Assembly (NCBI GenBank): GCA_030248215.1
Contig: JASANG010002537.1
Location: 186,001 to 250,000, forward strand
DNA length: 64,000 bases
From: Enoplolaimus lenunculus
Lineage: Eukaryota
Reading direction: 5' to 3'
The translations under genes were made by a program, and so were the position numbers. The notes under the pieces were generated by a model. That model saw only the letters and a list, made by a program, of their open reading frames with translations. It did not search any database and had not been told where the DNA came from. Positions 27,401-40,700 of this stretch are shown piece by piece (the stretch's first letter is position 1; the number at the start of each line of letters is the position of its first letter).

Positions 27401-27533
27401 TTATGATTTCTTTACCTGGAATATTCACGTTCGAAGTATGATACAACAAAGGAAGCATTGTTTGCAATGTGAAACCATATGTCACGCCTAGCAACCGCCA
27501 TGACGGGAATTTCATTGAAGAAATATTACACAT
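21496..27533 (-). CDS. MFS sugar-porter (GLUT/SLC2A-like) transporter, 6 exons, divergent
   Basis: Exons ~27533-27416, 26101-25870, 24962-24770, ~24052-23885, ~23013-22643 and ~21909-21496. Peptides: YHTSNVNIPE, LQSLWAFCINALNFGG, FELLIVGRLLVGFASGISTVLVPIFGVDCSPTDVRG, IHESPK, IERCGRRILI, LAAEIFP, LPETKQRS. Confidence 0.88.
22427..22597. mobile_element. hAT-like MITE
   Basis: TIRs cgggcgcgtagcca / tggctacgggccta; 8-bp TSD gtgcaata / gtgcgata; partial copy at ~25735-25851. Confidence 0.7.
23400..23610. mobile_element. palindromic MITE-like element
   Basis: Inverted arms cactgcgcaaatgatgagtcaaattgactct / agagccaatttgactcaccattatttgcagtg; internal gagtcaaatt repeats. Confidence 0.65.
26221..26645. 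mobile_element. CAGGGTGCGACC MITE
   Basis: Starts cagggtgcgaccggaatatcc; interior closely resembles 59070-59370, and both give the pseudo-peptide KYPVSGRF in the ORF track. Confidence 0.6.
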
Positions 27534-30500
27534 TTGAATTTAGGTGCAAATACTGATTTTATGTTATAAAAATTGTAACATCGAAAATGCAGAGATCAAA
27601 CGTGGAAAGATAGTTAGTAATATAAGGCATACACAAACGTAAATTTGCGAAATACTGTTGTGATTCGAATAAGAGGGGGGCTGATATTTATTTGGCCTAT
27701 TAAATGGGTACTTCTCCTGTTATTGGGTTACTTTTCATAAAACTACTTTCAACTCAATATGGCATCTTACCCGATTGACTAGAGTTTTAAAGCACTATTT
27801 ACCTGTAAATAATCTTTCGACTCAGACAGGGTTCGGCTGATGGATACGCTTTTATGAAAAAAACAACGCAAGTACAGAATTTTTGCCGAACGCATCAAAT
27901 AACTGCTGCTCGAAATTCAACAACCATATTAAAATGACTTGTACACTTCACCCTATAAGCTCTAGTTTAAGCCTAAATGTAGATTAAGAATAAAACTACA
28001 CCAAAGTCGAACAATTTCAGTGTTTTATTCAACTTGATTCTACAGGCATTTAAACTCAAGGGTCAGGCTTGAACTTAGACTTGAAATTTTAGGAATAGGC
28101 TTGCCTTTCGTTATCGTCTGTCGCGGTACGTACTCGTACGTTACCGCTAGGTAATTTACGGACAGTAACGAACGACAAAGCATGACGACAAACGGCACGT
28201 ACTGCTGCGCACGACAACTATAGCGCCACACTATGATTTTGCCTAATTTCTACCTAAGTCTAAGATTGAGCCTAAAAACTATTGAACTATTGAATGTCTG
28301 TGAAGTGTACAGATGCCCAATTTCAAAATGTCTTCTTGCGGCTTTTATTTTGTGAAGCACAGTTTTAAGCTGAATAGCAAGCGTCGGGCAGGAACATTCG
28401 TTGAACAACAAAAATTTTAGATATTCAAACTGCCAAAAAATTTTCAATTTTGAGATAAAGTTATAAAACAGAGAGAAATTCATCATCCCAATTTTGCCCC
28501 ATTTTTCCCTATATGGGGTAGCCTGTCCAATAGACCGGTCAATTCCGTCACGCCCTGCTCTGCCCATGGGGCCCCACTGGGCGCTGCGCGCCTCACTTTT
28601 ATCCCTGAGAAAACGTACAAGAGCCACATTCTACGCAAACAACGCGCGCTAAACTGATTTTTTGTTCAAACGCATTGTTTTCATATCTTCAAAGCTCCTA
28701 TCATATAATAGTTCGTGCAGTACATCTATCAGCATTTTTAACAATGCTCACTATTGTGTTTATGCGTAAAAATGGAGATGCTAAAACTACTAGAAACACG
28801 GATCTATGGATACTGCCAAACAGGCTGCATCTCGGAGGCCTGTCTTTGTGTACGGCAAAATTGATATTCCGGTCGGGCAGAATTTTTGCCGGGGGTTCCG
28901 TCAATTTCGATAGTGAACTTTTCCTTAAATTGTATTGTTCAGTGAATTGCTTGTAAGATAATCTTCGAAGTTTTAATTACTAACATTTGTCAAAAAAGCG
29001 AAACAAATTTATGGCAATGCTTTTACGGACTGTTAAAATGGACAAATTCTAGGCCATTTCAAACCCTAAATTTGCTGACCTCAAGCTCCGCTTTCTCCTC
29101 GGGTTGCGTCATTCTGGACATTGTTAAAAATGTACGCAGAGAGAGAATGTTTACTTACAAAAAATACTACCAAGTGTTGCTCAAGCACCTCGTTTATAAC
29201 ATAGGTTTACAACACAGTTTATAGCATACATATATACAAAAGTCCTCCAAGTGTAGAAAAAATTCATTATGGTTAATTTGTTCTATTTGTGCCGGTCATG
29301 GCAAAAGTGTTGGTTTCTTTGTTCTAAAAGACTGACAGTGGAAGATAGTGAAAAGTGTGTGGCTAAATAACTCCTCTTTCAAATTATGTTGAAATTCAAA
29401 AGTACAATCGAAAAACTATACCACTTCAATACGATGCGGTTCTTCTACATTTGCATCTCTTACCGCAGTAATAAAATGCATTAGTCCAAAAGTCACACGA
29501 ATTATACAGGATTCCACACCTGGTGTACACTGATAATAAAAATAAACGGAAACAGATTGAGATCAAAATAAAGAAAATTGAAAACGGATATTAAAGTATG
29601 TTGCAAAAATGCTGTTTTTCTGTCAACACAATTGAGGCGTGCATATATTCACCGTTTTTCAAAAATATTAAAGACAACATGACGGATGCATCAAAATTTT
29701 TAAGATTTTGGATAAATTTTGCGATTTTTATTTCATTTCAAACTATTGTAGCATATGTAAGTAAAAATTGCGATATATACGTGAATTTTTTTAACTAATT
29801 TTGAACGTAAAAATGACACAATTGCCGTCGGTTTTATAAGTTCATGCAATAAAACTCTGCTGTGAGCTTAACAAGAGAACATATGACATGCTTTCGTAGC
29901 AACGAAGGACATGCATAATCTTGACCATGACTATAACGCTCTGGTAAGTACTATTTTCTTTTAATGCACATTTACAGTAACAATTGTATAGGTAACTAAA
30001 TTACAAATTTGTACAATTCAACAGGATCATAAAATGCAATCATAAGTATGCAAGTAACAGTCACATAATTCATGTCATACTGCTATAACAATAATATTGT
30101 CACATGCGCGGTTAACTGCCGCCATGTCACTGCAACAAATTAAACCAAGCGTTGACATCGCTTAAATGTAGTAACGAACTACAAGTAAACCCTAAAAAAT
30201 TCTAGTCATTATTTGCAAATTAAATACATTCAAGCAGGGTGTAACCGAACATCCGTTTCCGGTAAAAATTAGTGTCGGTTTCCGTTTCTGCCATATAAAT
30301 AACGGAAATTCTGGTTTTGTGCGCTCAAAAGTAGTTATGAATCACGCTCATATCTCGCAATTTTTTATTACAAATATGCTGCCATTGTTAAAAATATATA
30401 AATTAGGAAATTTGTCCAAAATCTTAGAAATTTCAATGCAACCGCATGTTTTCATTAAAATTTTACAAAGCCCGGTGAATATTTGCACGCTTCAATTTGT

Positions 30501-31713
30501 TAGCAGAAAAATATAACATCTCTTAAACTTTTATGCTTCAATATCCGCCTTCGGTTATTTTGAACACTATCCGTTTCCGTTATTTTTACTATCCGATTAA
30601 ACAAAGGGAACAAGCGATAAAACATATCACGCGAAGATATACAAACTTGAAGCTAATTTTTTGTTAATCTACATCTTTGGTTCAAATTGCTGCTATATTA
30701 CAAAACACAAAAATGCATTGAAACTATATACAATCTAAAATAACATAAAAACGTAACGGATATATAGTGTAAAAACAAACATAGCCCATCATTACATAAC
30801 AAAATAGTAAAATGTCCCTAGAACATCCAATATTTAATCATGCCGATTATTGAAATAAAAGCAAAAATAGCCTAACCATAAATCTGCTCTGTAGCTCAAT
30901 TCCGATATGCCTTAAAAATTATAATATTTACCGAAATGAGTGCAATACATTTGCTTCACGTTTTATAGATCAACTTCTCGCTAAAAAATGTTCACGTACA
31001 TTCTGTAAATAGTTTTGTATTTAAAGTACCATTTTAACAGGGATATGCCGATTAATCGGCATTGGCTATATTCGGCACTTTTCGTATCGGCATCGGTACT
31101 GCAAAAAAGTGCCAATACTTTCTGCACATTACAGTGAGTTAGAATGCTATCAATCTAAAACTTGTAGGTGTATATCGGTGCGTCTGATTAGGGAAACTGT
31201 TACCTCTGTTGCGTTTGTCTGAAAAAAATTTAAAAATGAACCGGTCATAAAATAATAACTTTGTGGTTGTTAGGGTTTAAGTGTTCGCATTTATTATAAT
31301 GATGTAATGTTGTATCTCTATTCTTTAAGCATTGTGTATTAAAATTGAAATCGGCACTGGCTTCGACAACATCATCGGCGTATTTCCAAAATAAAAATTG
31401 ACATCGGTATAGGAATCCCAAAAACTTTGGCATCGGCGGAACCTACAGTTTACACGTGGTGCGTAATACTAGTGCTTAATATATTATCATAGACTAATAC
31501 TTCAGAAAAGTTTTATATCTAGGCTTGTTTACGGCTACAAAAAGTTCATAAAATGAGGTAGAAACAGAATGCAGCCTCTCATTATTATCGAAAGTCTTCT
31601 TTGCAAAAGCGATGCAGTCTGCTATATCAATCGTTTTCTTTACAAACACGCTCCATTGTTTGATCGCTCAATCAGTGCAACATAATACTAATCATATTGA
31701 CAGAAGCGCACAT

Positions 31714-34700
31714 TTAAAACCACGGGCTCCATTCTTCCGATGTTCTTGCGTACGATAACGGGTCTGTCGCAATTGCTGCAAAAGAAACACCAATACATTC
31801 GTGGTAATACATTTATTACTATAAACACCCAATGCAGCGATGTGTGTACGTAAGCTTAGCAATACCGATGCTACCAAAATTCCCGCACATTATTTTGATC
31901 CTAAGTGCTATTTCCCTGGCTTCTCCACAGCTTGAAAATTTCCGCCGGGGGGCGTTTCCTGGGGGGCAGCTGATTTTGCTGCGGGCAGTTTTCCTGGGGC
32001 CCCCAGATGATCTGGGGGGTCCTGGGGGGCAGGCTTAAAATTTTACAAACCGACTTTTTGGACCATTTTTTTCATTCTAGACCGTGTTTCCAACTCAACG
32101 TTAGATTACTCATCGCTCAACATGACAAAAATTTCTCGCAAACGCTAATAACAATAATTTTAACTAATATTACGTATATACTGACAACTAAACCAGAAGT
32201 TGAAAGAAGCACAATTATATACCAGTCGTAGTGGGACTACATTTATTGAGCGAAGCTCGATCGCACGTAAGCAATTAAGGTAATATGCAAATTAGTTGTT
32301 AGCTAACTATTCATTTATTGGTTTTGGAGATTTAAATTTTTGACACAAATGCTCGTAATTGCCTCCTCATAAATTAAGGTCTTCGTTTCGATTCATACCT
32401 AGCAAACAATCAACTTGTTGTTCTGGCGACAAGCCACTAACTGGATATCCTCTTGGCAAGCATTTGTCATTAGCTGTTAAAATATCATCGTATTTACCGC
32501 ACAAAACGGTTTCGATGTTCGAACAAAGTCTTCGCGAGGATGCTGTTGCACAATATTTTAATTCGTCCCTAAAAATAAACAAATCTCGAAAACAAATTCA
32601 AAGCTCAAAAAGAGCACAATTTGAGAGCTTACGGTTTATGCAAATGATCTCTACCATCACTTACACTTACTCTTGGCTTCTGGGCAGTAGCATTTTAGTC
32701 TAGTATGCGGTTAGTACAGTGCTGTAGCTGAAGGTAATTCTCTTACCGGGTTTATGCTTTTACAGATACATTTGAACCTGACCTTAACAACTTTTGATCA
32801 TGTTCGCCTCCAAACAGCAATAAACAAGCTTCAATCCTAAATTTTTACGAAATTAAACCACATAAAAATTTATGCTGATTTACTTTAAGATCTTGACAGG
32901 ATTTTCGCCGTCCAGTTTTCGAGACACGATTGCATTTCGATATTTACAATTCCAGACGTCCACGGCCGTTTTCATGAATGCATTACTGTCTCCGTTGGCA
33001 TGCAGTTGACGCCGAATACACTGCTGAAATAAGATGCTAATCCCGAATACAAAACAAAACAAAACAAAACAATTTTAGCAGTTCAAATACGTCTACACAA
33101 GATTTTATTGCGACACGAAAACCCGTAATAGTTTTACCTAATATGGTTGATCCTCTTAACGGCTACTAAAATAACTTTTTTCCGAGTCCTATAACAAAAC
33201 ATTCAAAATCAATTAACACAAACTGCAGCTGAGCGCTGACCCAGGTACCTACAGTCACAGACAGAATTTAGTGCCCAGCAGGGTTCCAACAGTGACTAAA
33301 TTTTGCCAGAAGAAGAACAAGAAAAGGAATTGGATGTCTTTGCAGGACTCGGAACAGGGATTTGAAATATAATTTTCATCCCCGAGTTACTGTTGGAACT
33401 TTCAGAAAACGTTGCCAAAAATGACTTAAACGAATTTTGAACTATTTCACCATCAAGTTTTGTGAAAATACATCAGAAACAGCACTGATAAAAATTAACT
33501 AATTGCAAAAACACTCATTTTGATATGACAATTTTTGAAAGACGTTTCGAATATTTAAATGATTATGGATAATTTGACACGAAACTGTACAAATTTCAGT
33601 TTCTGCGTCTTTGAACGGAGAAACTGGAACAGGAATTGAATTTTTGCAGGAATTCTGGAGGAACAGGAATTTCGGTCGAACACTATTGGCCGGGAATTGT
33701 AGTTGCACCTGCGGTAGCATTTTATAATGGTTCAATCTTCTTTGCTCGCGACCAGGCTTTTACGGTTTCTTAAAAGTTTAATACTAGCAATTGTGTCGCG
33801 GTTATGATTGCAGTAACCGAAGTTAGGAACACGACAGCGATTGCATTTAGTTATTCTCTCCGAAACTGTACATGTGCAATGACCTTCGTATCACAGACTT
33901 AAAAACGCATTACAACTATGGCTTCAGCAACATAATTAATTAAAACACAAATTTTAAACAAATAAACCTGAAAACACCAGCTGTAAAACCTACCACCCAG
34001 TCAACAGAGGACTGTTTGGTCAGAAGCTCAATTGTGTTTAGTATCAAGCGTTTTTCGGAACGAAATACCCTCATTGCATGTTGCATTACACGACGATATT
34101 TTCCATCTACGCCCAACGGAAGTAATACGTTGACCATTTGTCGGGTCATTCGAAAGGGCACAAGCTCGTATAAGTGAAGAAACTGAAAATGATATTGCGT
34201 AACCTTACAAAGTTACACTTCACCAAAATTGGAACACAAATTTTGCCAAATTTTCAGGCGGAATCGAAATTCTGATGAAACCCTAGTGCGCAATGTGCGT
34301 TTACACACCATACACGAGCATCAGATGTGAAGCGTAATTTTACTAAAAATCGACAACAGCAACAAATGCTCCGGTAAATTTCCACCGGAATTGATTATTT
34401 TGGAACTAAATTTTGTTCAGTGGAAATTAAGCATTTCACTAAAAAATTACGATAAAAATAAAATTAGTACTGTATATCAACCTTCACAATCACTTAAAAT
34501 AATCCATTTAAGGTAGGTTTCGCTACCGTGGATAATGATACTCTAAAATACAGCAGATTAAATAAGCACTTATCTGCCACTAAGGTTATTCCACAAATAT
34601 TATAGCAAAGAAGTAGAATGTATTTCTAACTTTCCGGTTCTTGTAATTTTTTTAAATTCCGGTTCCGGTGAATTGTAATTCCGGTTGCACCCAGCCCACA

Positions 34701-37700
34701 AGATATATTCCGTTTAGTAGAAGAGCCCAATCTTTCGGGACACAACAAATGTCCAATTTATCTTGTTACTCCTTCAATAACAATCTCAATCTATTGAGTT
34801 CACTAACCTGTAGGTTAATTCCAAACGCGCATCCAAAACCAAGTCCTGTCACTGCTCCCGTTTTTTCAGACAATAAAAAGTGTCCCAAGTGCCGATCACC
34901 AATACCAAGCAAATAATGCGCTGCACACATAACGGCAAGTGAGCCACTGTAGATATTGCTGATTACATACAAAGCGTCTGTTTGATTTGTAAACTTAGCA
35001 AATAGTCTTTTCCTGAAGATGGAAGAAACACTGAAAATGTCTTAACATGATGATATTAAAAAGGTCGTGAATACCCATACCACTACACTTTTAAACATAT
35101 TGCCTCACCAAGTCAGCCAGTAAAGACAACAAAAATAGTTCTTCCTACTCCAGAAATCAATACTACAACCAACCACAATTTAAGAAAATATTTAGTACTA
35201 AATCCGGCTTCTTCGACAAAAACGAAACTCCTGCTTCAATCGTTTGCTTACTGCAGTGGAGTCAGCAATAAAGGAACATACCTGAGCATGTCAAATGGTA
35301 TGGCATCTTGCGCTGCTCTTATTCGTTTTAACGCACACTGATTAGATTCATTTGCAAACAGGCGATTGAAACTCCCAGAAGGCAACTCTGTTTTTGCCCG
35401 GTGCGAAAATACTCTGCGTGCCACACTACTAGAATGAATAAAGCAATATTTATTATACTAAAAGCATTGAAAAACAGTCTCGAGATGAATTCCAATAGTT
35501 ACTTGTGAATGCATTACTAGAACGATTTGTTAAAAACAATCCATTATTATGATACTATTACACACAAAAATCCAAAAAACCATAGCTAACATAGTATAAT
35601 AACAGTTGCAACACATACTAAACTAAAACCGAAAATCGTTGGTGGTAGCAATTTTTTCCGAATAGGCTTGTCTTTAATATGAGAGGCTATCACTTAATTT
35701 TCCTGCTAAAATTCAGCTGTCTACCAAACATATCGGAAGAGAGTCGCACAGGCCACTCCCCTTATGACCACCCCTATCATTAATCAAGCAAAAAGATTTC
35801 GTTTCAGCTTACACAGCTGCTTCTTGCTCTTCTGTTGTCAAAGCCATATTGCTCTGGAAATCAGCAGCATAAGGCAAAACTTCGATAAGACCAAGCCTAA
35901 AATATACCTATGAATGGAGGCAAAAACTAAAATCCGAAAAATGTAAGTGGGCAACAAATCTTCTTCTGTATATATATTACTGTTGTGCAATAGGTTAACA
36001 ACGCTACGTCTTAAATGACATAAACCAAAAGATAGCGAGTTATTGCGTTGAATGGAGGCCACCGACAAGGGCATAGCGAGTGGGAGTTTAAGAGGCAAAC
36101 CTTCTCCTTTTCTAATTTTTGTCCACATCGATTTGGAAATTTTACAGTCGGTGGCACAAGTAACCCCATTACTAAATCCCGGCTACGCCCCCAGGTCATC
36201 AATTTGATGACCGTTTGTAGTTGATGATGTAGCTTACTTCGGCAATATTGGTATCGTATCAGACATTTAAGCGCCAAATTACGATTACTCACCTGGTGGT
36301 AAGAGGAATGATGGCGTATGTTTCAATTCTTAAATCGCGTGTTTGAATTGTTGTGTTTGCTTGAAGTGCATGATTCATCAGATGTAGTAGCTGCATAATC
36401 CTTTGATCCGGCCGTAAATCCTTACCGCTTTTCACCAAAAATTTGTAGTCTTTGCCATCACTACCAATAAATGTTAGCCTCAATGGCATAAAATTGGAAA
36501 CAACAGTTTCTACCTAGAACAACAGCATAAATTAAGGTAACACTTGCACATTAAGTACACACATTTTGAAAAACTTGTAACTTTGTTTGGGTTTGCCTGT
36601 CATCACAAGAAATGTAAGGGTGGCGCTATACCTGTCGTCCGGTGGCATGCGGCGATCGCACATGCATTGAACACAAATCACCTGTCATTATCTGGAGTAG
36701 GAACACTATTTAAAACGTAAAAAGCAAAACAGAACGCCAGATACGCTGTAAACATTGTATTATAACCTACCTTCGTGGCAAAAGATCTAATGCGTATATG
36801 ATGCTGCGGTAATGGTTTGCGTCTGCCAGTATACTGTCCTGGTAGTTCAGGTAGCTCAGGTGGTCGTTCACGCATACCAGAACAAAACTCGGCTAGCCAC
36901 GGCGAAAACTGAGCAAGATTTAGCGGAGTTTCTTCATCAGAATCGAAGGATGATTGCACTACGTTAACGAGATCACGTGTATTTTCTACTAGTGCCTTAC
37001 GCTGAAATTAAACAGCTAGCTGGTACACTGAATCAAAATTTTACCTGGAGGAGGACAACCTTAACCGACAAGCTCTATGTCCTTCAGAACAAGAAATCAT
37101 TATTCATTATATATATACTCATGGGCATAAAAATACGGTATTTTACGGTTTTTAGAGCAGATAAGGTTCTCGAAATTTACTCCAAAACAACATACCTGGA
37201 TTAAAATAATATGTAAAAATTACAATCATAACGTACATTTGTCAATGTAAAGAGCGAACCATTTTTGCCAAACGCTTGATCAACAGATGCGCGAAATTTC
37301 TGTAATTTGCCAAAATAACATAATTTACTGAAATAGACGAGTTTCACTTCATACCAATCGTTTACCATGATCATCTACTATATTCATAACAAGTAGCGTT
37401 TGTTCTCATCTATATTCACATTTCTTTTCAACAAAGCGTTACAATATTTCAACTCATTTTCAGAACAAATAAAATAAAACACCATAAATTAAAATGCAGT
37501 ATCGGATCGCAAACGTACATTTACAAACCATTCAATTGAGGCTAATAAAAATACAAGGGTATTTTAATCATTGCGGATTTTTCAACTTTCAACATTACCT
37601 TGGAAAACATTAGTCTATATTCACCGGGTCTTGGAATATTGTGATTGGACTGAACTCCGCCTGCAAAACTTAAAGAATGTTAAACGACGAACGAAGCGGT

Positions 37701-40700
37701 TCAAAAGCAAAATCAATATCAAGTATGTTGTTATTTATCAATGGTACCACAAAATTTCATTTAGCTATAATTTTTAATGGTACCACAAAATTTAGTTTAT
37801 CATGGACGACTGTCACGAAGACATTTTCAAAATCAGTTTCCATACACCCTACTATTTCTACATCTTCTACGTCGCTTATTGTTTAGCCATAATTAAATTT
37901 CATGCGAAGGAATTTTACTGTGAAGGGCTTGGTGTCCGTTTTCGTTGTTGGGTGGGTACTGCAAGACGCATGTCATTTTAATCGCATGAACACAATACAT
38001 GAGTTAAGTGAATATTACTTTTTGGAAATAGATCCGACATCATTTCTTCGTACAATTCCATTAACTGATGGTGCGAAGCGTTAGAATCAATAAAGTGTTG
38101 TATGTCTTCGCAATAATTCTACAATATATGATCAAAAATAAACTAAATCTCAAGCGGTATTTCCATCTGGTTTTATAATTTTATGCTGCTGCGTTGTATT
38201 GACTATCGCTACAACCGGCAAAATGCCAAAACAGCAACACTTAGTTTAAAGTAAAAAGCATCCTCCATGTTCAAAAAGCAAGATAAAAACCAAAATTAAA
38301 TTTATTTAGTGCCTCAAATATTCGGTATACAGTTGTTTAGCCATTAAAATTACTGACTGCCAGTCAAGTTCATACGGTCACGGCAAATGATACCAACCTT
38401 AAATCGAGATGCTGGATGATTTAGGTAACCAAGCGCTTGTACGAGATCAGAAATGAGAGGCAAATCATCAATTTTCTTGTCCATCCTGAATAATACTTAA
38501 AACGTTTTGCAGATTCAAAACTTCCAACAGAAACAGATACAAAAACGTTTACCCAGTGCGTAATATTGTAAGACTAGAAAAGAAATACTACTTGATGCTA
38601 CAATTTAGCAAAGCAACATGGAACCCCTTGAAACATATATCAGAGCAGAGTGAGACAGTATATTACATTGCCGAATACTGGATAGTGCATTTTTACTGGA
38701 ATAAAACAGTAACCAGATATATCTTCTGAGTTCGTAGAGGGAGTAGTACAAAAGTATATGTTCATTAAATACGAATTTTATAATTGTTCGGTTGAATTTT
38801 TCATTTTTAGTTCCGTGTATCAAAACCATAACTTCAAGACTTGCCCACAAAGCTAATCGCAGAAAGATGTTAAAGATGCTTACCCGAAAAAAGCTGTTTA
38901 ATGACATTTGGAACCACGTATATTGGCTTTTTGCCGTATATTAAATGGAATCCGGACATAATCGCACCCTGAGACAGAGCACTCAATTTTTGTATTAACT
39001 ACATTACTTACGATTTTATGCTATTACAAATTTTTTACGCGAGGGACTAGGGAAAACTTTGCGCATACCCACAAAAATGCTTACCAGTTTATCAAACATT
39101 GTGCATCATAGTTTAAATTGTTGCCAAAGTCATTACGATTTAGCTTATATGGATATACCATAGCCTGAAAAACAATATCACATGAACAGGATAAAATTTT
39201 CCGAAGGAAGGAACGCTTAACAAACAAAATATATTATTAACGAAGACAATGAAAACGAAATCTGTCTATGCGCTTAAAGACTGAAAAAAATTTAAGTGCA
39301 AACTAGAAATTAATCGGAAAAATACTGAAGTCAAACTAATCTATAATCGGCGAACTACACTTCGCTGCCCCACGTAAAACACAACTTCGTCTAAATTTAA
39401 AAAAGATTTACCGCAGGATATTTTTCTGTAATTCTTCGCAGCAATTTGTGCAGTGCCAACCCTTCAGGTTTATTAATTAGTGATATCATTTGATCAATCC
39501 AATCAAAAAACAACCACTCTGGTATAGGTTCCACCTAAATATATGTCACAGCATTTTATAACACACGTTAGGGTAGGGTTCACGCAATTTTTGCGATATG
39601 GTAGCGTTAACGTATGACAATTTTGAAATTTGACAAGTAGTGTTAACCCTACGAAATTTTTCATTGTGAACGATGCATTACTGCAACCAATTAAAACATA
39701 TAAAAAAGGAAACACAACAAATTAAAATAACGATATAAAAAAATTTGAACATACTATTCAATGGTGTGTAAATACCATAGTATAGTCCACTGAAACATTC
39801 AATCCCATAATTTGCAGTCAACACTTATATGAACTTACATATAGCCGATATTAACTTATTAAAATCGCTCTCAAGCAAAAACTGAGTTCTGTTTATCTCC
39901 AGTTTACATTAGTAAATGCTACATAGCAACAATGATAAATGAACAGATTATAAAATAGAAAGACCGCTTACATTTTCTTCAAATATTTGTCTAGTCGCAG
40001 ATGGATATAGTTCAAGAACGTTCAATATGTTCGGAATGCGGTTTAGCGTAGCAGCGGTTGCAGAATACTTAATGCACAATAGTAAGCACTTGATAAGAGT
40101 ACATGCATATCTGGGACCATCAATTGCTGCAGATAGTTTCGCATCTGCAATTTAAATAGCACTCAACTCAGCAAAAGCAACTATTTAGCGAAATAGTTCC
40201 CTAAAATCAAGAGCATAGGCAGCGGGGACCCTTCAAAAATCCATGCTAACGAAACATTAATGTTATGAATCGAACCTCAGTCTGCATGTTTATAATAGTA
40301 TTCTAATTTGCATCCAAATGGGATAAAGCATAACTTAATCTAAAAGCTTCGCCAAAATGTTAATCTAACATCCTTATCAAAGTCTCGCCTACCAGTCCTA
40401 CTAAAAATACTCACCTCTGAGCATTTTATCGCAATATTCAGCCAATTCAAACCGTCCAAACGAATAACAAGTATTGTCATCAACTTTGTCCTCGAAGACT
40501 GCACTGGAATAGAGCTCGAAACATCTGTGAATCAAACAATTGGTCACCTGCAGAAAAGAAAATGATTACAGAACCATTCAAATTTCAACCAGTATTCTGA
40601 AAAAATATAGAATCAAAGTAAAAACATTATTTTAAAATCAAATCCCTCTTTCAGCCAGCTGCATGTTGGATCCAATAAAATGTTCTATCGAACACAACAC

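Noticed and set aside
10151..31714. Nematode-style operon of the four co-oriented genes
   Set aside because: The stop-to-start gaps are 4-5 kb and TE-filled, and trans-splicing cannot be shown from sequence alone.
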